Position numbers and translations under genes: made by a program. The notes under the pieces are model-generated. The model made no database searches and was not told the origin of the DNA. It worked only from the letters and a program-made list of their open reading frames with translations. A stretch of 32,000 bases of DNA from Nitrosarchaeum sp. (GTDB taxonomy: Archaea; Thermoproteota; Nitrososphaeria; Nitrososphaerales; Nitrosopumilaceae), in the NCBI GenBank assembly GCA_023265135.1, contig JAHFUM010000002.1:20300-52299 (forward strand), read 5' to 3'. Shown one piece after another: positions 1-7,364 of the stretch. Each line of letters begins with the position of its first letter. The first letter of the stretch is position 1.

Positions 1-2169
1 ACTTTATCTCATGCATTGACAGACAAAAAACATACCCTTGAATCAGCATGCTATGCCTTTAAGACAAATTTCAAAAAATACAAATCTCAAAGACATGGCA
101 AAATCACTAAAGATTACATTGATTATTGCATCAATGATGTAAAGTCAACTTACTCATTATATCTAAATGCAAAAAAAGAACTTGACACATACCAATTAGA
201 CATTCCGGTCACTAGGGTATATTCTCCAGCATCAATTGGAAAAGAATTTCTAAAAAAGATTGGAATAAAACCCTTCTTTGATAAAAATCCTAAATTTTCA
301 TTTGAAATGGTTGGAAAAATCATGGTTTGCTATTACGGAGGAAGGACTGAATGCAAGATACGAAAAACTCCAGTGCTGGTAGATGTTTTGGATTTTCTTT
401 CAATGTATCCAACCGTATGCACGTTGATGGATTTGTGGAGATTTGTCATTACTGATAAAATAATTCATCAAGATGTAACCCAAGAAATTCAAAATTTAAT
501 TAACAATTTTACCGTAGAGGACATTCAAGACAAATCACTATGGGAGAAACTTCCCTGCATAGTCCAGTTAGTTCCAGATGAGGATGTTTTACCAATCAGG
601 GTAAAATTTGGCCAAAAGCATGCGTGGAATATCGGAATTTGTAATGTTTCAGGCTCTGAGCCAACATGGTATGGCTTGGCTGATGTTTTGGCATCAAAGA
701 TGCACACAGGAAAATCTCCTAGAATAATTCAGGCAATCAAGTTTGTGCCACAGGGAGTACAAAAAAATCTAAAAGAAATAGAAATTCAAGGAGTCAAGAT
801 AAATCCATACTCTGATGATTTATTTAAAAAACTAATTGAGCACAGAGAAGAACTAAAAAATACTCGAGACTCTTTTGAGAAAGACAGTCAAGATTATCAA
901 TACTATGACAGACAACAAAAAATTATCAAAATCATAACAAATGCAATAAGTTACGGAATATTTGTAGAAATAAACACCTTTGATGAATCGGGTAAAATCC
1001 CAATCGATGTTTATGGGTTGACTCACTTTGAAGATCAAAAAACAAAATCAGAAAAAGTAGGTTACATGTTTAACCCAATCATTGCAGTATCCATTACCTC
1101 ATCAGCTAGATTATTGCTTGCAACAACTGAAGTCTTGTTGAATAAACACAATGCAACTCATGCATACTGTGACACTGATTCCATGGTGATTCCACCAAAA
1201 CACACAAAAGAGATTCAGGAATTTTTCCAACAGTTAAACCCATACAACTTTGATGCTGATATTTTCAAGCTAGAACATCATGAAAAGTGGTTTTATGGAA
1301 TATCATCAAAGAGATATGGTCTTTACACCATTAATAATAAAACAGATGAAATCAAAATTGATGATGAGAAATATTCTGCACATGGACTGGGACATTTACT
1401 TGATCCATTCAAGAATGATCCAGATGATGAATCAATATGGCATAAAGAACTATGGAAAGATATTATTGATTTACATTATGAGAAAATCTCACGAGAAGAA
1501 TTAATTGAAAAATATGGCAACAAGTATGCTATACAGCAATTATCCGTCTCCACTCCAAACATAATTAACAGATTCAAAAAAATTAATCTTGGAAAAGACT
1601 ATCAACATCAGGTAAAACCTTCAAACTTTGCCATTTTGGGATTCTCAAATCGTAAATCCGAGGCTACAGATGAGCCTATCAAGCCATTTGCTCCATATCA
1701 GAATCCTGCAAAACATGCAGTGTATTCCGAATTTGTGGACTATAATGATCCAAATCTGCAAAAGTATCAGGGAAAAGAGTATTGGAAATCAATTTGGGAT
1801 ACAATTGAGGAGTATCTTAGACATCCAGAGTCAAAATTTGATGGGGATGTTGGAGTTTTACAGAGAAAACATGTACGGATATCTTCTATTGTCCACATTG
1901 GTAAAGAGAGCAACGGATTAGACGAATCAGAGTTGTTTGGTTTGGATGATTCCAGTTATGAAATCTATCATGATGATTCAGAGATCGATGAGAAATTCAA
2001 GGCAATTGCTTCAAGAATATTGGAATTAAAACCAAAGGATGTAAAGAAATTTGGAATTTCAAAGCAAACATTATGTAATGTAAAAAAGAATATTGAAACC
2101 AATTGTTTTAATCGAATATCCGTAAGAATTAAAATTCAAATTATCGAATCATATGCTATAATTCAATAA
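1..2169 (+). CDS. Family B DNA polymerase, phi29-like/protein-primed type (pPolB), 5'-truncated by the window edge
   Basis: Frame 1 is open from nt 1, so the TTG at 16 is only an ORF-caller start. Motifs appear in canonical order: ExoIII-like YCINDVKSTYSLY, motif A DFLSMYPT (nt 391-411), motif B KIITNAISYG, motif C YCDTDS (nt 1165-1182, identical to the phi29 motif C string), and KxY as SKRYGLY. ExoI/II must lie upstream of the window. About 280 aa follow KxY. Confidence 0.85.
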   Translation, partial: TLSHALTDKKHTLESACYAFKTNFKKYKSQRHGKITKDYIDYCINDVKSTYSLYLNAKKELDTYQLDIPVTRVYSPASIGKEFLKKIGIKPFFDKNPKFSFEMVGKIMVCYYGGRTECKIRKTPVLVDVLDFLSMYPTVCTLMDLWRFVITDKIIHQDVTQEIQNLINNFTVEDIQDKSLWEKLPCIVQLVPDEDVLPIRVKFGQKHAWNIGICNVSGSEPTWYGLADVLASKMHTGKSPRIIQAIKFVPQGVQKNLKEIEIQGVKINPYSDDLFKKLIEHREELKNTRDSFEKDSQDYQYYDRQQKIIKIITNAISYGIFVEINTFDESGKIPIDVYGLTHFEDQKTKSEKVGYMFNPIIAVSITSSARLLLATTEVLLNKHNATHAYCDTDSMVIPPKHTKEIQEFFQQLNPYNFDADIFKLEHHEKWFYGISSKRYGLYTINNKTDEIKIDDEKYSAHGLGHLLDPFKNDPDDESIWHKELWKDIIDLHYEKISREELIEKYGNKYAIQQLSVSTPNIINRFKKINLGKDYQHQVKPSNFAILGFSNRKSEATDEPIKPFAPYQNPAKHAVYSEFVDYNDPNLQKYQGKEYWKSIWDTIEEYLRHPESKFDGDVGVLQRKHVRISSIVHIGKESNGLDESELFGLDDSSYEIYHDDSEIDEKFKAIASRILELKPKDVKKFGISKQTLCNVKKNIETNCFNRISVRIKIQIIESYAIIQ

Positions 2170-5007
2170 TCAATTATCATATTCTTTAGCATATATCGAT
2201 TTCAAATCATTATTCAATCGTTCATAAACCCAAGATAATACAGGGCAATCATCAAATAGTTCACTTGTGTATGAATGAAAAAGTGAATCTAGTACTGTGT
2301 TGGAATATGATGAAGTATGTTTTAATCCATCGTTAGTTCCAATTAAAAATCCCCAATCATCACTATCTTCATTTACTGTAAATGATTCCGCAGATGAACT
2401 TCTGACTTCAACTACATCTTTTTTCTCATTATTTGTACATATTGCATACCATAATCCACTAATTTCATTATGTCCTTCACTTTTTTCCAATTGAGCTGCA
2501 ATGTAAAAAGAATTACAATATTGTAGTAATTGATTTTTTATACTGGGAAAGTTTGTTTCTACTAGAATTCTGTATTCTTTGATAAAATTATCAAAAAACT
2601 GTTTAACGTACTCAATTAATCTATCTTCAGAATAGTCCTCAGATCTATTGATATGGTACCACCCTTGATGTTTAGGTTTATCACCAAGAGGTAAAAGAGT
2701 TGAACTAATCTCAGTTCCTACCAAAGATAATGTTTTTAGAATTTGATTTATTTCCTTAACAGAAATTGAATTACGATATCCATGTTTTAATCTAACGGAA
2801 GCTTCTTCAGGATTGGAAAAAAATTGCATCATACTTTTGCGTACCTCATTAATTTTTATCGGTAAAACCCAATCTAGAAATCTTTTCTTATATTCTGTCA
2901 ATCCAAACAGAAATGTACAATCTGGAAGTATGCTGAAAAATTTTTCTTTTGCTAATCCCACATTATTTGTTTCATCTAAATTGCGTTTTTTTATCAAATC
3001 TTTAGTTAAATGAAAAATTTTCTTATATGCAGCAGATTCAGTAGACGTGTTTGTAAAATTTTTTGATGATGAAGATAATTGTCTTACTCCATGTTTCCTC
3101 ATCAATTCAAAGTCTCTATCTTTAACCTCAAACCAATCTTTTTTATCATACCAAATTATTGGGTCTTCTCCATTTTCATAAAGTCGAAATCCTTCCCTTG
3201 CTACTACGTTGTATTCTTCATTGTAAAGGATTAACAAACCTAATGATCTTTTATCTGGTACTAATTTTTTAATTATGAAAGGAAATTCCTTTGTTGCTAT
3301 TTCGATAAACTTTTCAAGATATTCATTAGATCTTCTTCTATCATCGGTTTCAAATATTGGAATAAGTATTTCTTTATGTTTTTCATTTTGACATGTTTTT
3401 TTATAAAATTCTAAAATTTCTCTACCCATAGATGTACTGATATGTTTTGATGCAAATTCTTGAATTAATTGTGGACTTAAATTGTCTAATGTTTCCTGAT
3501 GATATGTTATTAGATAATTTCTTAATCCATCTGAACCAAATCTTATTTTTGTTCTTCCTTTTTCATCCTTTTGCGATATTATTATGCCATAATCTTTAAC
3601 AAATGAATGAGCATCAAAATCACTAATTTGAATTTCTGATTCAAAAATTTCATCTTTTTGAAGTTCAAGAAGTATTTTTGTTATGCCTAAAAGATGTGAT
3701 TTAATTCGTTCCTTGTCGATTATGGATTTAGTAAGAATGTTTTCCAAATAATTTTGGAAAATTTTTATTGAATCTAATGTTGATGGTACACCTTTATCTC
3801 TAAAGGTTTCAGCTACAATACGAAGAATAGAGGGATTTTTGCATTCTTGTAAAGTTTGTCCGTGTATTGCATTTTTTAATGAAAAATATTCTTCATATTT
3901 TCTAGTTGCTTCTTGTAATTCTTGTTGGGAAAATTCGTTTAGAGTTAATGAAATTGTATTTTTTTCCTTATCTGTTACAAACAAATTATCTGCTAAACTT
4001 GATGGTATGCCTCTATTTTCTAAAAATTTTTCTAGTTTAGATGTTTTACATGATAAAATAATTTTAAATCTTTTATCTTTAATTCGTCTAAAAAAATTAC
4101 TTAGTTCTACTTCTGCAGTGCTTAAAAACCATTCATCTACTGCATCAATAAATATGAATAATTTTTTATCATGTATTTCTAGAATTTCATTTAATTGTTT
4201 AAAATATTGCTCTTGAAATTTATGTGTAGAAAATTCCCAATCAAAATCATCCGATATACAATCCTCAATTTTTTGAGTTAATTCTGATGCATTATAGAAA
4301 AAAGTAGGATTATTTTTTCGTGATTCTTTTACTAAATCACAAATAGCATTAGTTTTTCCATATCCAGAATTCCCATCTATTATGAGTCCAACATTTTCAC
4401 TATCTACAAATTTGTAAAATGTTGATGTAATTTTACTTCTATTTACATAAACTTCTTGAATATATTTTCGTAAATCATCTTTATTTTGAGTTTCTAATTT
4501 TTTTAAAGTCTCATTATTTTGAAGATTACAAAATATTTCAAGATTTTCATAATTTAATGTAATTAATTTTGAAAGCGCTCTTGATCTAATTTCTGAATTT
4601 ATATCTATTTTATAATTATTCTTTACAAATTTTGATTCAGATAGTTTATCCGACGTTAATTCACTTTCATCAATTGAATCAAAAATTCGTGTAGTTTTTC
4701 CATTAGTAACAATTGCATATGGTGCTTGTGGTTTAACAAGTGAAGCGTAACAAACTGCTTGAGATATGTCTTCTGCTGAAATATCATGTTCCTCCTCTTT
4801 AATTTCAAGGATAAACAAATTCGTTCCATTAACATTAACTAAGATATCATAACGAGGTCGTTTTTCTATTACTTCCCATTTATTTTCATGTGTATATCTA
4901 CCAAGTTTGATTTTGAATGATCGTTCTAATGTTATGTTTTGATGATCTAACCCTAATGCTTCTAAAAAGGGAAGAATGTATTTTACTTTAATTTCTTCTT
5001 CAAGCAT
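2170..5007 (-). CDS. PD-(D/E)xK nuclease (HsdR-N/Mrr-like) fused to a NACHT/STAND-type P-loop NTPase and a large unassigned C-terminal domain; NLR/Avs-like candidate
   Basis: N-terminus: KYILPFLEALGL...RPRYD54ILV...LFILE68IK70...ISQAVCYA...YAIVTNGK matches the HsdR N-terminal restriction-endonuclease-like pattern (D...ExK). Walker A is DGNSGYGKT (aa 211-219, nt ~4351-4377) and Walker B is LFIFIDAVDE (aa 283-292). NACHT-like downstream signatures are KIILSCKT, LTLNEFSQQELQEATRKYEEYF and CKNPSILRIVAETF. Residues ~400-945 have no motif I recognise and no obvious TPR/WD40/LRR periodicity. Confidence 0.75.
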   Translation of the reverse strand: MLEEEIKVKYILPFLEALGLDHQNITLERSFKIKLGRYTHENKWEVIEKRPRYDILVNVNGTNLFILEIKEEEHDISAEDISQAVCYASLVKPQAPYAIVTNGKTTRIFDSIDESELTSDKLSESKFVKNNYKIDINSEIRSRALSKLITLNYENLEIFCNLQNNETLKKLETQNKDDLRKYIQEVYVNRSKITSTFYKFVDSENVGLIIDGNSGYGKTNAICDLVKESRKNNPTFFYNASELTQKIEDCISDDFDWEFSTHKFQEQYFKQLNEILEIHDKKLFIFIDAVDEWFLSTAEVELSNFFRRIKDKRFKIILSCKTSKLEKFLENRGIPSSLADNLFVTDKEKNTISLTLNEFSQQELQEATRKYEEYFSLKNAIHGQTLQECKNPSILRIVAETFRDKGVPSTLDSIKIFQNYLENILTKSIIDKERIKSHLLGITKILLELQKDEIFESEIQISDFDAHSFVKDYGIIISQKDEKGRTKIRFGSDGLRNYLITYHQETLDNLSPQLIQEFASKHISTSMGREILEFYKKTCQNEKHKEILIPIFETDDRRRSNEYLEKFIEIATKEFPFIIKKLVPDKRSLGLLILYNEEYNVVAREGFRLYENGEDPIIWYDKKDWFEVKDRDFELMRKHGVRQLSSSSKNFTNTSTESAAYKKIFHLTKDLIKKRNLDETNNVGLAKEKFFSILPDCTFLFGLTEYKKRFLDWVLPIKINEVRKSMMQFFSNPEEASVRLKHGYRNSISVKEINQILKTLSLVGTEISSTLLPLGDKPKHQGWYHINRSEDYSEDRLIEYVKQFFDNFIKEYRILVETNFPSIKNQLLQYCNSFYIAAQLEKSEGHNEISGLWYAICTNNEKKDVVEVRSSSAESFTVNEDSDDWGFLIGTNDGLKHTSSYSNTVLDSLFHSYTSELFDDCPVLSWVYERLNNDLKSIYAKEYDN

Positions 5008-5043
5008 TTAATTATACATAATCTAGGAGTGTACTAAATTTAT

Positions 5044-5400
5044 CTACATCATTTTGTTTGGATTGTAAAAGTCATCAATAACACGCAATGCTCTTTCTAA
5101 CACTTCTTGTATTGTATCTTCAGATATTCCAATAGACATACTGCCAATCCCTTTAATTTTAGATACGCTTGAGTCAGACCAAAGAAGTGTTGTAGAATAT
5201 CTGATTTTTTTACCATCCCAATCCTTATAGATCAAAAGTGGAATGTATTGATTTGAATAAGTTGTATACAAGTTCCAGTTTCCAACTAATTGACTCAGTC
5301 TATAGAATGTCGGGTGTTTATTCATTATATCTGTCAAATCTTCAACAGGTACTAAATTTTGAATTACTACTTTTTTATCGATGTCTAATATATCTGTCAT
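5044..5400 (-). CDS. Hypothetical 118-aa protein, first gene of the two-gene module with the nuclease-NTPase
   Basis: ATG-initiated ORF on the same strand, ending 36 nt upstream of the 945-aa gene start. It shares the same extreme AT-richness and has no recognisable motifs. Confidence 0.55.
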   Translation of the reverse strand: MTDILDIDKKVVIQNLVPVEDLTDIMNKHPTFYRLSQLVGNWNLYTTYSNQYIPLLIYKDWDGKKIRYSTTLLWSDSSVSKIKGIGSMSIGISEDTIQEVLERALRVIDDFYNPNKMM

Positions 5401-5514
5401 ATTACAGCATTCAATTCATTCTTGAAATATCTTGTGTTTGATTTAGTTTTGAGTGATATGAACATCTGTTTTATTTTGAATGTTTTTGTAATTTTTTACT
5501 CCAGAAAAAGGTCA

Positions 5515-5548
5515 AATGGCACCTCTCTGTCTTTACCCCCGCGCCATT
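5515..5548 (-). terminator. GC-rich stem-loop followed (minus strand) by a T5 tract; possible terminator of the padR/FMN-reductase transcript, or an element-end/att remnant
   Basis: AATGGC (5515-5520) pairs with GCCATT (5543-5548) around a pyrimidine-rich loop. It contains CCCCCGCGCC (5536-5545), highly atypical for this AT-rich DNA. On the minus strand the hairpin is followed by TTTTTC. Confidence 0.3.
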
Positions 5549-5656
5549 GATTTTTCATATTGTCGATTATTCAATTAATCTAATTATCTCCAATTCCCGA
5601 TTAATGGGAAATCTTTGTATGAATAAAGCAAAAAAGATATTTGTTCACTAGTTGAA

Positions 5657-6241
5657 TTATTTTCCATAATGTTTGGAAAATGAATTTGAAACATCACTTT
5701 TCAAATCCTGCAAAAATTGGTTTCTAATAATTTCTCCATATACAGTCAAATCTCGTGAAAGCATTGTCAATCTAGATTTTAATTGCAAATTTTTTATTTC
5801 TCCATTTTCAAAATCTTCTTCACCATTAATTGATACACCGTAAGGCATGCTCCATCCATAACACTGTCGTATTGCAGTTCTCATTTGATCCATTGCAGTT
5901 AATCCTTTTTCATGCGATGCACAAATGTAGCCAAATAATTTACCGGCAAATTCTGACCAATAGTAATCCAAAAAATTTTTCATGGAACCTGCCATCGAAC
6001 CATGATAATCTGGCGTTGCCAGAATAAATGCATCTGCCCACTTTACCATTTCTGTAGCCTTGCGAATATTCTCAGTTTTTTCAGTTGTGGAATAAAACAT
6101 CGGTAATGGAGTTTTCTGTAAATTCAAAAATTGAATCTCCGCTCCATTCTCTTTTGCATTATTCAAAGCAATTTCCAATCCTTTCGCACTAGAGGAAAAT
6201 TCTCGCATGCTTGAGCTAACTCCTAAAACTTTGATCGTCAT
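5657..6241 (-). CDS. NAD(P)H-dependent FMN reductase family oxidoreductase
   Basis: MTIKVLGVSSS...FILATPDYHGSMAGSMKNFLDY is the typical flavin-reductase pattern. I prefer the ATG at 6241 (MTIKVLGV) over the upstream ATG at 6268 that starts the supplied ORF; the 6241 start overlaps the padR stop by 4 nt. Confidence 0.8.
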   Translation of the reverse strand: MTIKVLGVSSSMREFSSSAKGLEIALNNAKENGAEIQFLNLQKTPLPMFYSTTEKTENIRKATEMVKWADAFILATPDYHGSMAGSMKNFLDYYWSEFAGKLFGYICASHEKGLTAMDQMRTAIRQCYGWSMPYGVSINGEEDFENGEIKNLQLKSRLTMLSRDLTVYGEIIRNQFLQDLKSDVSNSFSKHYGK

Positions 6242-6543
6242 GGAAAAACTCCTAAAAATATTTGACAAAATTTTCTTTTTGCAATGGTAAGAGCTTTTTT
6301 TCCGGATGGAGTAAGAGTATATGTGATTGTTTTCCCTTCTTTTTTTTCATCGAGAAAACCCGCCTCTCTTAAATTTTTTATAGATGGATAAAGAGTTCCT
6401 GGACTTGGTCTTTCTCCTTTTCTCTTTGTAATTTCTTCGGAAATTTCTTGCCCATGCATGGGTTTTTTTGATAATAAAAACAGAATTAGAAAACCAAGCA
6501 TCCCCCTCATATCACAACATTCTTCATCCATTTTTATATTCAT
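6238..6543 (-). CDS. padR: PadR-family winged-helix transcriptional regulator
   Basis: GFLILFLLSKKPMHGQEISEEI...SPGTLYPSIKNLREAGFL...KTITYTLTPSGKKAL is the canonical PadR N-terminal wHTH pattern. Translationally coupled to the reductase gene. Confidence 0.85.
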   Translation of the reverse strand: MNIKMDEECCDMRGMLGFLILFLLSKKPMHGQEISEEITKRKGERPSPGTLYPSIKNLREAGFLDEKKEGKTITYTLTPSGKKALTIAKRKFCQIFLGVFP

Positions 6544-6548
6544 TAAAT

Positions 6549-6607
6549 ATATCGTATAACCGATATATATAAATACAATTTATGAGTATGTATCGTATGT
6601 CCGATAT
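6549..6607. promoter_or_regulatory. Two copies of a TATCG-N6-CGATA palindrome in the divergent padR / small-ORF intergenic region (candidate PadR operators)
   Basis: ATATCGtataacCGATAT at 6549-6566 and TATCGtatgtcCGATA at 6591-6606. Both share TATCGTAT..CCGATAT. They sit 6-64 nt upstream of the padR start and 22-80 nt upstream of the ATG at 6629. Confidence 0.35.
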
Positions 6608-6628
6608 TGATGGAAAGGAGGTGATTGT

Positions 6629-6781
6629 ATGGGTAATGGATGTTGCGGGGTAAGATTGCAAAATGTAAGAAGCTTTCTTACTAAAGAAGAGAGAATAGGA
6701 ATGTTAAATGAATACAAAGAGTATCTTGAAAAAGAGGCTCAAGGAGTTTCTGAGAGGATAAAAGATCTTGAAGACGAGTAA
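6629..6781 (+). CDS. Small 50-aa protein (MGNGCCG... then a charged helix), DUF5320-like in style
   Basis: ATG preceded by an unusually strong SD-like GGAGGTGA (6617-6624). Translation: MGNGCCGVRLQNVRSFLTKEERIGMLNEYKEYLEKEAQGVSERIKDLEDE. Below the ORF-track length cut-off and divergent from padR. Confidence 0.45.
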   Translation: MGNGCCGVRLQNVRSFLTKEERIGMLNEYKEYLEKEAQGVSERIKDLEDE

Positions 6782-6791
6782 AACTCTCACC

Positions 6792-7059
6792 TCATTTTTT
6801 CTCACTAAAGGTCGTTATTTTTTCAAAATAATCTAATTTTTCATCTCTGCTTTCAAAACCATCAGTACATATCGTTCCAGACTCAAAAAACGTCATTTTC
6901 ATACAGACGTAGTTTTTTGTCATCTTTGCTTACAAGATTTTGATGATATCCAATTTCTTTTACTCTAAACAAACCACATTCACCATGAAGATGTTTTGAT
7001 AGTGGATCTTTTTGAATATGACACTCTGAGCATTGATTAATCTTGTAGCCCAAGAACAT
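6792..7059 (-). pseudogene. Small Cys/His-containing gene interrupted by a frameshift in an A6/T6 homopolymer
   Basis: ATG at 7059 gives MFLGYKINQCSECHIQKDPLSKHLHGECGLFRVKEIGYHQNLVSKDDKKLRLYENDVF, stopping at 6883. Skipping one T in the T6 run (A6 at 6885-6890 on the plus strand) continues as ESGTICTDGFESRDEKLDYFEKITTFSEKK to the stop at 6792. Confidence 0.35.
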
Positions 7060-7216
7060 CTTATCCTTATCTAAGGATCTGTTCTTCCGAATTCACCTTT
7101 ACAACATTTACTGCATCTCCTTTAATCCGTTTGTTTTAATCATTACGGCGTATCTCTCTGTAAATACAGTAAGAAACTGGTCTGAACATAACTAAAAGAA
7201 ATTGTAGAATCTATGA

Positions 7217-7238
7217 ACTGAGTCCCACATGTAGGATT
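7217..7238 (+). promoter_or_regulatory. Copy 1 of a shared 22-bp motif ACTGAGTCC-N8-GGATT, upstream of the ArsR-type operon
   Basis: ACTGAGTCCCACATGTAGGATT, flanked by 8-bp direct repeats CTATGAAC (7211-7218 and 7242-7249). It matches 8529-8550 at 17/22 positions. Confidence 0.35.
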
Positions 7239-7364
7239 AAGCTATGAACATATTAGTAATTAGATTGGCAATTTACCATACATGTACATTGGAGGAGAAC
7301 ACACACAGTATCATTCAAATGAATTTTCGCTAAGTTTTTGTTATATTACTAATAATGATAATCA

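Larger units (their letters stand above)
1..5510. mobile_element. Putative right-hand part of an integrated pPolB-encoding element (casposon-like or virus-like) with cargo; right boundary not determined
   Basis: pPolB is a hallmark of self-replicating elements. The adjacent 2170-5400 block is visibly more AT-rich than the flanks and encodes orphan and defence-like proteins. Ordinary housekeeping-type genes begin at 5657. No integrase, Cas1 or terminal repeat is visible inside the window. Confidence 0.4.

Noticed and set aside
1-2169. Chromosomal replicative PolB (PolB1/B3)
   Set aside because: The motif strings (YCINDV ExoIII, YCDTDS) and spacings resemble phi29-type pPolB, and the genomic context is accessory. 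This still needs phylogenetic confirmation.
2297-4216. Plus-strand ORFs (65-125 aa) inside the 945-aa gene, and similar antisense ORFs inside the PolB, CDF, topoisomerase, SDR, helicase and FixC genes
   Set aside because: They are short, low-complexity (Ser/Leu/Phe/Ile-rich) translations, typical of the reverse strand of AT-rich coding DNA. Each is nested in a much longer ORF with recognisable motifs.
5500-5560. A complete tRNA gene ending in CCCCCGCGCCA
   Set aside because: No T arm (no GTTCRANYC-like loop), D arm or matching 5' acceptor strand can be found upstream on either strand. Only the last ~11 nt are tRNA-like.
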